From: a virus
IMG/VR virus record: IMGVR_UViG_3300046459_000436
Location: 16,674 to 80,673 of that record
Strand: one strand, 5' to 3'
Length of the DNA stretch: 64,000 bases
Shown here: piece by piece, positions 9,324-19,284 of the stretch
Numbering within the stretch: the stretch's first letter is position 1
Layout: the number at the start of each line of letters is the position of its first letter
Program-made: the position numbers and the translations under genes
Notes under the pieces: model-generated
Told to the model about the DNA's origin: nothing
What the model saw: only the letters and a program-made list of their open reading frames with translations
Databases searched by the model: none

Positions 9324-10022
9324 TCAAGCTGCGACCGATTCTCCAGGGGTGCCGTGGAGGGCATCGCGGAGCTTCTCCCACGCTTCACGGTCGGGCCATT
9401 CGGTGCCGCAGCCCTGACACTTGATGGCCTCCTTCCGGGTGGACGCGGTGAGTTGGCGTTTGCACGGGCCGTCAACGGTGAGGACCGGGCAGGCGCCAAT
9501 GCGGATGGGCCCGATCCTCCGATCCGGCGACAGAGCAGCCGTGCACTCGGAGTGCAGCCGCCGGATCTCCTCCACGTCCTGCCCGACCTCCGCGTACCGT
9601 TCGCACGCCCACCCGAGGTTGTTGGTCAGGAACTCGATCTGCTTGGGCAGGGATTGGCCGGCGTTGCCGCGCCACGGTGTGACCGTCCAGCCGAGGGTCT
9701 GCCGCCACGCGTCCTCAATTACCTGCAGACGGGTGGCGACTCCTCCAGCCGCGGCGAGGTTGAGGACTTCGGCGTTGGCGGGGATCGGCGGCACGCGCGA
9801 CCCGGTGGGCATCCCGGTTCCACGCCGGGAGCCCCGGACGAGCGCGGCGGTCGTGTTGACGCGGGCGAAGAGGGCGGGGAGTTCGGCGAGCCGCTTCCCG
9901 GTGCGGTCCTGACAGGGACGGCACGCCCAGCGGTCGGTCTCGTCGGCCCACAGGTCTTTGCTGCAGGCCACGCAGCGCGGCCACACGTAGCTGGAGTCTT
10001 CGGCGGTAGCAAGGTCGTGCAC
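9324..10022 (-). CDS. Zn-finger phage protein, possible late-gene regulator
   Basis: CVAC...CRPC and IGACP...C...CQGCG motifs; position before the late operon. Confidence 0.55.
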   Translation of the reverse strand: MHDLATAEDSSYVWPRCVACSKDLWADETDRWACRPCQDRTGKRLAELPALFARVNTTAALVRGSRRGTGMPTGSRVPPIPANAEVLNLAAAGGVATRLQVIEDAWRQTLGWTVTPWRGNAGQSLPKQIEFLTNNLGWACERYAEVGQDVEEIRRLHSECTAALSPDRRIGPIRIGACPVLTVDGPCKRQLTASTRKEAIKCQGCGTEWPDREAWEKLRDALHGTPGESVAA

Positions 10023-10052
10023 GGCGGGTCTCCTTGCGGTGGTGCGGGCAGT

Positions 10053-10391
10053 TCAATGGCTGATGTAGATGGTCGCCTTGGTGTGGGCGGCGCAGGCATC
10101 ACGGAGGCGACGCAGATAGTCGAGGGCGCCGTCGTAGTTGCCCCAGCCATTGGTGGGGTTCATGGCCTCGTACTTGGCGGGGTTGGCTTCCATATCCGCA
10201 ACGGCGCGGCTGAGGTCGCCGATGCAGTCGCCAGCCGTCTTGTCCTTCAACTCGGCAAGTCGGTAGCCGAGGGCTTCGGTCCACATGCTGGAGACGTTGG
10301 CGGTGTAGTTGCCGATGTCGGCGGGGCAGAACTCGTGGGGCTCGGGGCCGCCCGTGTCGACTGTGACGTAGAGGGCGATGTCGTAGCTCAC
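10053..10391 (-). CDS. Hypothetical phage protein
   Basis: MSYDI...NYTANVSSMW...NGWGNYDGAL; RBS. Confidence 0.65.
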   Translation of the reverse strand: MSYDIALYVTVDTGGPEPHEFCPADIGNYTANVSSMWTEALGYRLAELKDKTAGDCIGDLSRAVADMEANPAKYEAMNPTNGWGNYDGALDYLRRLRDACAAHTKATIYISH

Positions 10392-10459
10392 GGGCGGTGC
10401 TCCTCGGGTGCGGGCGGTACGAGGTGCTCAGTCTCTGACTGTAATCATGCACACAGCGC

Positions 10460-10708
10460 GTGACATCCAGGCCAATGGCTGCGCAGATTGCACAATCTCC
10501 CCACCGTGCGCCGGTTCCCCCCGCCACACTCGACCTCATGGCGGTCGCGTTGTGGGCGTTGGGTGATGACGAGGCGGAGCTGGCCGAGTGGCTGGCTGCT
10601 CACGGCATGCTGCCGGTGGGGCAGCCGGTGCACGGGATCACGGCACGGGCCCGGCTGATGCAACGCTGCGAGCCACGGGGCGGCGTACCCGAGCCCACCG
10701 ACGGCTGA
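10460..10708 (+). CDS. Hypothetical protein, divergent orientation
   Basis: ORF followed by a hairpin terminator. Confidence 0.45.
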   Translation: MTSRPMAAQIAQSPHRAPVPPATLDLMAVALWALGDDEAELAEWLAAHGMLPVGQPVHGITARARLMQRCEPRGGVPEPTDG

Positions 10709-10733
10709 GGCCCCCGCTTTCGGCGGGGGCCTC
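10707..10733. terminator. Hairpin terminator between convergent genes
   Basis: GAGGCCCCCGC-TTTCG-GCGGGGGCCTC. Confidence 0.75.
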
Positions 10734-10762
10734 GATGTGGCGGGGCGGGCTCGGGGTGGGGC

Positions 10763-11600
10763 TCAGATGCGGGTGAGTCCGATGACGCTGGGAGCCCAGC
10801 CGCTCCACTCGCGCCACTCGGCGGGGTTGTTCAGGTCGGTCTCGGCGACGAGCATCGGCCCGCGCTCCTCGGTGAAGATCAGCGCGTAGATGTCACCCAG
10901 TCGATCACGGAAGCGGACGAGGATTTCGGGGGCCTCGGATTCGGCGCTCACGGCGGTCACCTTCCGATCGCGTTACCGGGGGCCATGCGGATGCGCCCGT
11001 CGGGTTCGTCGAGGACCAGCCAGTCGTGGTGCGGCTGGCAGTGGAACAGGCCGCGGACCTTGGGTTCGCCGCAGTACGAGGCGCGGGAGTCCCAGCCCGA
11101 TTCGCTGATCTGGTAGCCGCACGTCTGGCTGCTGCGCGGCGGCTCGCGGTCGAGGGTCTTCGCCACGGTCAGATGCCCTTGCGGAGGTGCTTGAGGTGCT
11201 TGGGCAGCTTCTTCCCGGCGTCGCGGACGGCCTCCTGGAGGCGGTCGTCTTCCTCGTTCTCGATGAGGATCCCGGCCCGGGACTGCTTGGCGGTGTTGTC
11301 GTACAGGTCGGCCTGCGCGCGACGGAAGTCGGCGAGGGCCTCGTTGTGGTCGGCGTATTCCGCGAGTTCGTCGCGGGTGGGCTTGGACATGGTGGTCTCC
11401 TAGTAGCTGGGCTTGATGCGGGTCGTGCCGAGGGGCGTGACGTGGCGGTGTTCGCCGTTTCGGTCGGCGTCGCGGATGGCTCGGTCGATTTCCTGCTGGG
11501 TCCACATGCACGCGTCGCGCAGGTGGGCGCGGAGGTTGGCCTCATTGAAGGACTGCCGGGAGTCGGGCGAGCTGATGACGTCGTAGTAGGCGGTGGGCAT
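10763..11600 (-). CDS. Four small hypothetical genes (10763-10960, 10957-11166, 11169-11390, 11400-11600)
   Basis: Coupled short ORFs with RBSs at the distal end of the tra operon. Confidence 0.55.
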
Positions 11601-11630
11601 TGCGTCCCCTCCTTGTGCGGTTGGCGGTGT

Positions 11631-12173
11631 TCAGATGTTGCGCGAGCCAGCGAGGTCGGCGGCCTGGTCCAGGAGGCGAAGGGGCACGGTGGGCCTGCCC
11701 CACGCGTCGTTGAATCCGGGCACGCTGTCCGCGTTGGTGAACTGCCGGCGGATGGCGTCCAGCAGAACGTCCAGCCCCTCGCTCGCCAGCCCGTAGTTGC
11801 CGCGGGCTTCCTTGTAGATCGCGGATTGCAGGCAGTCGGGGCCCGGCACGCTGGTCGTCGGGGTGTGGCCGCACCATCCGTCGCGGGTGAGCCGCTGGAG
11901 GGCCCGCTGGAGGAGGGCTGCGACGGGTGTCGGGTACAGGTCGACGGGCGTCCGGGGGGAGTCGACGGGGCCGCGGATGACGTCGGCTAAGTCGACGGGC
12001 TCGGTGGCGATGTGGGCGGTGTTGATGTCGTTGGCGAGGCTGGCTTCTTCGAGGCGGATGGTCATGGCCGCGTCCACGGCCGCCATCCGCGCTTCCAGGC
12101 TCAGTACCGGGGCGGGGGTGGTGCGGGCCGCGGGCTGAACCTGGGCGGCGAGGGTGACGGTCGTGGCGGGCAT
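11631..12173 (-). CDS. DUF6197-like protein
   Basis: LLQRALQRLTRDGWC...CLQSAI...VPGFND pattern; paralog at 46587-46967. Confidence 0.55.
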   Translation of the reverse strand: MPATTVTLAAQVQPAARTTPAPVLSLEARMAAVDAAMTIRLEEASLANDINTAHIATEPVDLADVIRGPVDSPRTPVDLYPTPVAALLQRALQRLTRDGWCGHTPTTSVPGPDCLQSAIYKEARGNYGLASEGLDVLLDAIRRQFTNADSVPGFNDAWGRPTVPLRLLDQAADLAGSRNI

Positions 12174-12176
12174 GGA

Positions 12177-13885
12177 TCAGCCTTCCTGGGACTTCGCGCG
12201 CTCGTCGGCTTCGCGGGTGATCCGGTCGGCTTCGGCGTGGTCGGCGGGGTCGCTGGAAAGGTTGAGTTTCACGGTCTTGACCAGGTCGCGGACGTTGTCC
12301 GCGCCCCAGACGGCGGGGTTGAGTTTCATGGCGGGTCTCCTATCGCTGGAAGGGGTTGTTGGCGCGCTGTCGTTCGCGGCGTTGCTGGACGGGGCAGGTG
12401 TCGGGGTGTTCGACGTCGCGCGGGCTGCAGCACCCGCAGTGGGGCCAGCGCGCGCGCTGGCCTTTGCCGCAGTGGTCGCACATGGTCAGTTGCCGAGGTG
12501 GTCGAGGCCGTGGCGGCGTTCCCACTCGCGGGTAAGGCCCTGGGCGACATCGCGGTTGCCGTCGAGCCCGGCGCGCTCGTAGACGTCCATGGCGTCGAGG
12601 AGTTCGGCGTCGGTGTAGTTGGGGATCGTCTTGTTCGCCCAGCTCTTGCCGGAGAAGTCGATGGCCATGGCGGTCAGGCCTTCGTGAGTTCTTCGGCGTA
12701 GAAGCCGATGTAGCCGCCGACGGCCTCGCGAACGCGGCCTTCGATTCCCTTGACGGCGATCAGGCCGCCGGACTTTGATCCGTCGTCAACGACCGTGCCG
12801 GTCTTGCCGTGGTGGGCGAGGTTGTCCAAGTTGGGGCGGCTGACGGTGACGCGGTCACCGGGCTGGAACTGCATGCGGGTCTCCTTAGCCCTGCGGAAGG
12901 AATGAGCAGGTGTTGGCGTGGTCCTGGGCCTGCTGCGTGATCTGGAAGTCGTAACCGCCACCGATGTTCGTGTCGCTGCAGCCGGTGCACCGCCAGCCGA
13001 GATAGGCGGCACCGTCCTCCTTGACGACGTTGACGTGGGCTCCGGATTTGTTCGGGACCGTGGAGAGGATCTTTGGTTCCATGGTGTTTCTCCTTGGGTT
13101 ACTGGGGCCGGACTGTCCGGCCGCCGAACCCCACACCGGTCGGGGCGTGTGGAGCACGGCGGGTGGGCAGGTCAGTACCAGGACCAGGGCTGACCGTTGC
13201 TGGCGTGGCGTTCGGCGACGACGGCGAGTTCGCGGGCGCTGACGGCCCAGAACGCGGGCATTCGGGGACTTGCTGCCGCCGTTCGGAAGATCTGCGCCAT
13301 ACGGGCCGCATCACGGACTGCAATGTCGAACGGGCCGTCGCCACGGTTGGCGTTGTGGAACAGCGGCTGAATGGTCCGCCAGTCTGCGGCGGGCACGATG
13401 TGGGCGATGTGCTGGCCGAGTTCGACCATTGCGGTTGCGGACCGGTAGGCGCCGCCGTTACTCCATCCCATGACGAACTCCTCTCAGGCGGCGCGTCGGC
13501 CGCGCTTGGGCTGGGTGGAGTAGTCGTTGAGGTTGCCGCCGCGAATGTTGGGCCCGTCGTCCTCGTTGAGCCATTCGCGGTACTGGCTCAGGGTCATGAG
13601 GCCCTTGCAGGGGGCGGCGTTGCGGTTGTCGTAGACGGGGCCGGCGCACGCCCACAGGTCGGGGGCGCCTTCGGGCAGGCCGGTGAAGGTCGAGATCTTC
13701 GTGAAGACGTGCTCGTCGAGGTACTGCCGAGCGCCCGGCCCGTTGTCCGACTTGATCGTGTAGTAGGTCTTGCCGAGCACGACCTTCTTCGCGAAGCGCT
13801 TGGCTTCGTTGCTGGCGCCGGACTTGTGGATGGCGTCGGTGAGCTTGCAGTCGAGGTAGTTGGTGGCGCGGTACCAGGTGCCCAT
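12177..13885 (-). CDS. Cluster of small plasmid-type ORFs (12177-12329, 12340-12483, 12486-12668, 12674-12874, 12885-13082, 13172-13471, 13484-13885)
   Basis: Each has a GGAG RBS; 12340-12483 is a small Cys/His-rich protein of the type seen in Streptomyces plasmid spread regions. Confidence 0.55.
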
Positions 13886-13984
13886 GACGGGCTCCTTTCG
13901 GGTTGGTCCGGGGTGATCCCCGGTTTTTGGGTGTGCTGAGGGAAGCCCCCGGCGGGGGCTGGTGGTTTGTGATGGTTTGTGGGG

Positions 13985-14150
13985 CGTACACCCCCCGTAC
14001 AGTGACCGCTATATGCCGGTATGCGGGGCGTACAGTCGGGGCGGTCAGCCGTACAGGTGGACGGCTCCAGGTGGCCGGTGAGCGGGGGGTGTACGGGTCA
14101 CATACCGGCATCTACCTGGGCAAACAGCCGCCCTGTACGGGGGGTGTACG
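13985..14150. repeat. clt-like locus: seven CGTACA repeats in a nested inverted repeat directly downstream of traB
   Basis: CGTACA at 13985, 13996, 14029, 14050; TGTACG at 14090, 14134, 14145; perfect 18-bp IR 13985-14002/14133-14150; 11-bp IR 14013-14023/14101-14111. Confidence 0.75.
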
Positions 14151-14155
14151 GCCTA

Positions 14156-16384
14156 TCAGGCAGCCTCCGGGGAGGCGAACTGGTCCCGCTTGAAGCCCTT
14201 CAGGCGCTTCCCGGCACCGAAGGTCACGATGTTCGTTGTTGTGATCCCATCCCGGCGCAGACGCTCCCGCAGAGCATCCACATCAACGCCCAGCTCCTCG
14301 GCCAGCAACTCAGCCGTCAGCCCCTGCGTCTCCGGAACCCCCAGCCGATCGAACACCGCCACCGCATCCCGGCGCATCTCCGCCGCACGCGCCACCGCCT
14401 CATCGACACGACTACGCGACGCCGCCTGACCCGTCAGCGTCCCGGCCTTCACCCGCAGGTCGTAGCCGCGCTCCACGATCTCCCGGAACTCCGGCAGCTC
14501 GATCACATCGGACTTCTGCGTGATGTGACCCGACTCCGCACCCTGGTCCAAGACCACGACACCCTTGTGGTGCTCCAGCAGCTTGTGCGGCGCCGCGCCG
14601 GCCTGCACGGCGTCGTCGCCGAGAACCATCCGCGCGGAGGCGTCGCCCTTGACCCGAAAGCAGGCGCGCTTCACGCACACCCCGCGCAGCTTGGTCGGGA
14701 CGCTGTCGGAGTCGGGGCGCTGGGTGATGAACACGCCCATGCCGCCGACGAACCGGGCCACGCGCACGTACCGGGCGAGGGTCTCGACCAGCACGTCCTT
14801 GCCGTTGCGGTGCTTCGCGCCCTTGCCGTCCTCGTCCTCCTCGACGACCTTGACGCGGGTGTTCGCGGCGGCGTCCAGGAGTTCCTGGAGCTCGTCGACG
14901 ATGAGGAGGGTGAGCCTCTTGTCGGGCTGCCGGGCAAGCGCCGGGGTGAGCTTGCCTTCGGGGCACTGCTGGGGGTCGGTCTCGGACAGGCTCTCCAGCT
15001 GCTCGCCGAGGTTCTGCATGCTGCCGATCAGGTCGTCCAGCACCTCGTGGACTTCGACGAGGGTGTCCGGCTTGGAGCCGGAAATGTAGGCGTGGGCGAT
15101 CTTCTTGAGGGCTGCCCAGTCCGGCCCGGACTTGCCGGTGATGACGATGATCCGCACGTAGGGGTCGAGGGCAGCTGCAGCAGCGATCAGCCGTGCCAGG
15201 TACGACTTGCCGTAGTCCTGCAGTCCGCCGATCAGCAGCGACGACCACAGCAGGTGCAGTGCCTGCCGGTCATGCCGGGCGTCCTGGCCGAGCGGTACGC
15301 CGTGCTGCCAGAAGTTCCACTCGGGGGCGTTGATCAGGGGGGACGGGGTCTTTCCGGCGCCGAACGGGTTGTCGGCGTCGGCGACCCAGATGGTGAATCG
15401 GCTCTCGTGCCCCTCGGCGCTGGTGTCCTTCTTCAGTTCGATGCGGGACGCCTTGACGCGCAGTGCGCCGGCGAGCGGTACGAGGCGGGCGATGGCCTGC
15501 TCTGCGGTGCGTCCGCCGGGCAGTTCGATGGTGGCGGTCCAGCCGGGGCCGTCGGTGCGCAGGCCGAGGACGCTGGTCTCTTCGCGGTCGGCCTCCTCGA
15601 TGATCTTCGCTTTGACGAGGGCGGTGACCAGGTCGTTCGCACCCCGCACCTGCACGTCCTCGGACTTCGTGAGCACGACCGGACCCGCAGCACTCGCGGA
15701 GGCCGCGGCGGCGATGGTGGCGGGCGACTCAGCGGCCAGCGTCACCGGAGACGACTCCTTGTCGTCGGCTTCGCGGTTCCGCCCCGCCCACCAGGCCGCA
15801 CCGAACCCTCCGAGGAGGACGGCGAGGAGGCCGAGGATGGGGTGCTGCATCTTCCCCAGCAGCATCCAGCCGGCCACCACGCCCGCGGCGACCATGGCGC
15901 ACCGACTGGCCTGCTGGGTGCGCTTGTGGCGCTTGATGTCCTTCTCGGTGACGTCGTCGTCGGCGTGCGGGAGGACGGGGCCGACGGTGACGCGCGTGGC
16001 GAACGCCTGGTTGAAGCGGTCCGCCTGCCCGGGGTGCCCCTGGTTGGCGGCGGTGGCGGCCTGCTTCTGCAGGTCCCGGACTTCGCTGTGGTGCTGGCGG
16101 ATGGCCTTGCGGTTCTCGGCAGCCCGCTTGTGGATGACGTCCTTGGCGAGGTTCTCCTCGTCGACACCTTCAAGGAGCACCCAGGCGCGGCCCTGCTGGT
16201 AGAGGGTCTGGCAGCCGCGCTTGGTCTGCGCCCACACGGTCAGCTTGACGACCGGCGGCGGGGCATCGGCGGGCACCGGCTTGAGGAGTACGTGGGCGGG
16301 CGGGTTGGTGGGCATGGGCGGGACGTGATTCTGGACCGGGATCTGGGGGCCCGCCGTCTCGGGCGGGGTGGCGTGCGTGGTCAT
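14156..16384 (-). CDS. traB: FtsK/SpoIIIE-family conjugative DNA translocase (TraB-like)
   Basis: 2 TM segments, Walker A LLIGGLQDYGKS, Walker B LLIVDELQE, TQRP motif, C-terminal wHTH-like region. Confidence 0.88.
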   Translation of the reverse strand: MTTHATPPETAGPQIPVQNHVPPMPTNPPAHVLLKPVPADAPPPVVKLTVWAQTKRGCQTLYQQGRAWVLLEGVDEENLAKDVIHKRAAENRKAIRQHHSEVRDLQKQAATAANQGHPGQADRFNQAFATRVTVGPVLPHADDDVTEKDIKRHKRTQQASRCAMVAAGVVAGWMLLGKMQHPILGLLAVLLGGFGAAWWAGRNREADDKESSPVTLAAESPATIAAAASASAAGPVVLTKSEDVQVRGANDLVTALVKAKIIEEADREETSVLGLRTDGPGWTATIELPGGRTAEQAIARLVPLAGALRVKASRIELKKDTSAEGHESRFTIWVADADNPFGAGKTPSPLINAPEWNFWQHGVPLGQDARHDRQALHLLWSSLLIGGLQDYGKSYLARLIAAAAALDPYVRIIVITGKSGPDWAALKKIAHAYISGSKPDTLVEVHEVLDDLIGSMQNLGEQLESLSETDPQQCPEGKLTPALARQPDKRLTLLIVDELQELLDAAANTRVKVVEEDEDGKGAKHRNGKDVLVETLARYVRVARFVGGMGVFITQRPDSDSVPTKLRGVCVKRACFRVKGDASARMVLGDDAVQAGAAPHKLLEHHKGVVVLDQGAESGHITQKSDVIELPEFREIVERGYDLRVKAGTLTGQAASRSRVDEAVARAAEMRRDAVAVFDRLGVPETQGLTAELLAEELGVDVDALRERLRRDGITTTNIVTFGAGKRLKGFKRDQFASPEAA

Positions 16385-16407
16385 GGCGGCGGGGCTCCAG
16401 GCTTGGG

Positions 16408-16947
16408 TTAGAAGTTGGTGAGGGTGTTGGCGGCAGCGGTGACGGCGGAGTTGGTGAGCTGCTTGATCAGCGGGCCGACGAACGTCCCGTCCAGGAGCAC
16501 CCCGAGCGCGACGAGCGTGATCGCCCAGCTGGCGGCGACCTTCCGGCCCTTGATGCCGATGAACACGATCACGCCGATCAGCATCAGGCCGACGATGCCA
16601 ACGCCGATCGTGCCGCCGCTGACGTTCGCCGGCGTGACGTTGTTGACGGCCGGGGTGACGTTCGTGTCGACCACGGGGGCGACGGACGGCTGGACGGCGG
16701 CCACGGTGACGACCGCAGCCGAGTGGTCGGCGGTGGCCGTGTAGTGGGTGGTGGGCAGGCCCCGGACGGTCATGGCGCGGGTGCCGTCGGCGAGGCGGAC
16801 GCTGGTGTCGGTGGCGGCCTGGACGGAGGTCACGGTCGCGGTGTGCTGGGTGGCTGCGGCGACCGCCGGGGTGGCGATCCCGAGCGCCGCCAGAGCAGCA
16901 CCCGACAGGGCCACGGAGCGGACGATACGGATGGACTGGCGGGACAT
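16408..16947 (-). CDS. Signal-peptide/membrane protein, putative spread (Spd) protein
   Basis: N-terminal signal peptide, two C-terminal TM helices; adjacent to traB. Confidence 0.6.
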   Translation of the reverse strand: MSRQSIRIVRSVALSGAALAALGIATPAVAAATQHTATVTSVQAATDTSVRLADGTRAMTVRGLPTTHYTATADHSAAVVTVAAVQPSVAPVVDTNVTPAVNNVTPANVSGGTIGVGIVGLMLIGVIVFIGIKGRKVAASWAITLVALGVLLDGTFVGPLIKQLTNSAVTAAANTLTNF

Positions 16948-16967
16948 GATGGGGACTCCTTCGAGGG

Positions 16968-18389
16968 TCAGTTCTGGTCGGTGTTTGAGGTGTTCTCGGT
17001 GGCGAGCCGACGACGTACATCGACGGCCTGCGCGCGCTTTGCGATGGGGTGGAACGGGGCGCTGTCGCCGCGTGTCCGGCGGGGCGGAATCGGCTTCGGT
17101 CGGGGACTGGTTCGGGGCTTCGCGGGAGAGGGGGATAGATGGGAGCTACGCTGCGCGTTCGTGACCTTGCTGGGTGTGTTCCCGGGGGCTTCTGAGAGGG
17201 CCGCTGCGACGCGTCGTGCGGCGACGTTGCGGGTGCGGATGACGTCGACGCTGTCGCCCGGGTCGGTGCCCTCGATGTCTCTGTAGGCGCGGATCCAAAC
17301 GGCTTCGGTCACGGTCGTCTCGCCGAGCGCGGCAGCCAGCTTCAGTGCGTGCTCCCACACCTCCTGGAACTCCTTAGCGCGGTCAGTGGCGAGCTTGTTC
17401 GCGGCTTCCTCGGCAGCCTTGAGATCCGCCGCCTTCGCGTCGTCGGCAGCCTTCTTCTCTGCGGCCTTCCCGGCCGCCGCGCGGGCCTCGGCCTTCTCCT
17501 TCGCCTTGCGCTCCCGACGGGTGAGCGCGCCGTCACGCTTACGGATCCGGCCGTGCTCGTGGAGATCCCAGACGCCCGGGCCGGCGACGGACGCGAACGC
17601 GGTACCGATGGCGGTCGCCGGGTCGAAGGCGTTCAGGCCGTGCCACAGGTTGACCCCGGCGGCGATGAACGCCAGCAGCCACGCGATGAGCCGGTAGTGC
17701 CAGTGCGGACGGTGCCCGGCGACCGCGGCGGCAGCACCCTTGAGGACGACCGCCGCACCACCTTCGAGCATGAGCGGGGCGATCACGAGCCACGGGGCGA
17801 CGGGGGTCCAGAACGCGGCGATCTGCACAGGCAGGGCGACGACGGCGCACACGATGTAGAAGCCGAGGGCGTACCGGCGCCACCGGGCGTCGGCGACGGC
17901 GATCTCCTTCGCCGCCTTGTCGGCGGCTTCCTGCTGAATCCGCTGCTCCTCAGCGGCGGACTGCGCTTCGTCGTCGGCCTCCTTGCGGGAGGCGGCGGCC
18001 TGCCGGTCGATCTCCTCCTGCTCGGCCTGGAGTTCGGCGAGCTTCCGGGCGTGCGCGGCCTGCTTCTCCTCCATGGCCATGCGGTTGCGCTCGTTGGCGA
18101 GCCGCAGACGCTCCGCCTCAGCCTCGGCCTTGGCGCGGATCGCGTCGGCCTCGGCGAGGGCCTTCACGCGGGCGGCCTCGACGGCGGCGGCGGTCTGGGC
18201 CCGGATCGCCTCGGCCTCAGCCTCGGCGCGCGGGTCGACGATGGGGACGGGAGTGGCGGCAGGCTCAAGCTCGGGGGCGGTCTGCTCGTCCTGGATGACG
18301 CCGTTGATGATCGGGAACGACTGCCAGCCCTCATACACGGGCACGGCAAGCCGCTTGGTGCCGTTCACCTGGGCCGGGTTGGCGCTCAC
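16968..18389 (-). CDS. DUF2637/SpdB-like coiled-coil plus 4-TM protein
   Basis: Long coiled coil, four TM helices, AGVNLWHG; upstream of traB. Confidence 0.7.
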   Translation of the reverse strand: MSANPAQVNGTKRLAVPVYEGWQSFPIINGVIQDEQTAPELEPAATPVPIVDPRAEAEAEAIRAQTAAAVEAARVKALAEADAIRAKAEAEAERLRLANERNRMAMEEKQAAHARKLAELQAEQEEIDRQAAASRKEADDEAQSAAEEQRIQQEAADKAAKEIAVADARWRRYALGFYIVCAVVALPVQIAAFWTPVAPWLVIAPLMLEGGAAVVLKGAAAAVAGHRPHWHYRLIAWLLAFIAAGVNLWHGLNAFDPATAIGTAFASVAGPGVWDLHEHGRIRKRDGALTRRERKAKEKAEARAAAGKAAEKKAADDAKAADLKAAEEAANKLATDRAKEFQEVWEHALKLAAALGETTVTEAVWIRAYRDIEGTDPGDSVDVIRTRNVAARRVAAALSEAPGNTPSKVTNAQRSSHLSPSPAKPRTSPRPKPIPPRRTRGDSAPFHPIAKRAQAVDVRRRLATENTSNTDQN

Positions 18390-18424
18390 GGGAGATCTCC
18401 TTGTCTGGTCGGGCGGTTCGGGGT

Positions 18425-18700
18425 TCAGGCGGTCGCGGTCTTGGACTGGCGCTGCTGCACCACGTACTGGCGGCCCAGCAGGGCGACCGTCAGCAGGGCC
18501 TTCGGGTTGAAGCGGGCGATGACCACGATCAGCAGCGCGGGTACCGTGATCCACGGCTGGTGGAGCATCCACACGGGCACGGCCAGCAGGGACGGCGCGG
18601 ATCCGAGGACGGCGACCAGCAGCACCCACAGGGCGACGGTCGACGCGCTGAGCCTGCGCGGCGGCGGGGTGGGGGCGGTCGGGGCGGCTGGAGTAGACAC
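18425..18700 (-). CDS. Small membrane protein
   Basis: Hydrophobic segments; in tra operon. Confidence 0.55.
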   Translation of the reverse strand: MSTPAAPTAPTPPPRRLSASTVALWVLLVAVLGSAPSLLAVPVWMLHQPWITVPALLIVVIARFNPKALLTVALLGRQYVVQQRQSKTATA

Positions 18701-18778
18701 GGGGGTTCCTTCCGGTGGTCGGGTCGGGGTTACTGCGGTCGGATCTCCTGGCGGCCCGTGCGGGACGGGCATCCAGGG

Positions 18779-19144
18779 CTACCGGCCGGCAGGGACGGTC
18801 AGGCCAAGGAGGTGGTACGGGAACGGGTCGGATTCGGTCCGGGCGCTGGCCCACTTGATCCAGTACCAGTGGAACGGGAACGACTCGACGCCCATCTCCA
18901 TGAGGGCGATCGCCCGGTGGTGCCCGTCGCCGACGTACACATCGAAGTACCGGTCGTCGACGCCCAGCAGGATCGGCACCTGAAGCCCGCGCACCGCGAT
19001 CGACGCCTTCAGCTCATCGACCTTCACGCGGTCCTTCCCGGGCCGGCCGAACTGGCGTCGGGCGTGATCCCACTTCCGGAACTCCGTCGGGTGGATCTGC
19101 TGGTCGTTGAGGAACGCGGTGGGCATCTGGCCGAAGTACTTCAT
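18779..19144 (-). CDS. Stand-alone ParB/Srx N-terminal domain protein
   Basis: DELKASIAVRGLQVPILL...VGDGHHRAIAL. Confidence 0.8.
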   Translation of the reverse strand: MKYFGQMPTAFLNDQQIHPTEFRKWDHARRQFGRPGKDRVKVDELKASIAVRGLQVPILLGVDDRYFDVYVGDGHHRAIALMEMGVESFPFHWYWIKWASARTESDPFPYHLLGLTVPAGR

Positions 19145-19284
19145 CGAGACGGACTCCTCTCAGGTCGGTGGTGCGGTCGGGTGGTGTACCGCCACCCCGG
19201 GCCGCGGGGGAACACCCCGGGGTGACGGCGGTTCTTGCCGGGCTTGACGGGTCGTCGGAGCGGTCCCCGCGAAACCCGGCGGTC

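Noticed and set aside
16385-17020. N-terminal extension of the 954-aa ORF
   Set aside because: It overlaps the separate gene 16408-16947; TraB plausibly starts at 16384 after a GGAG RBS
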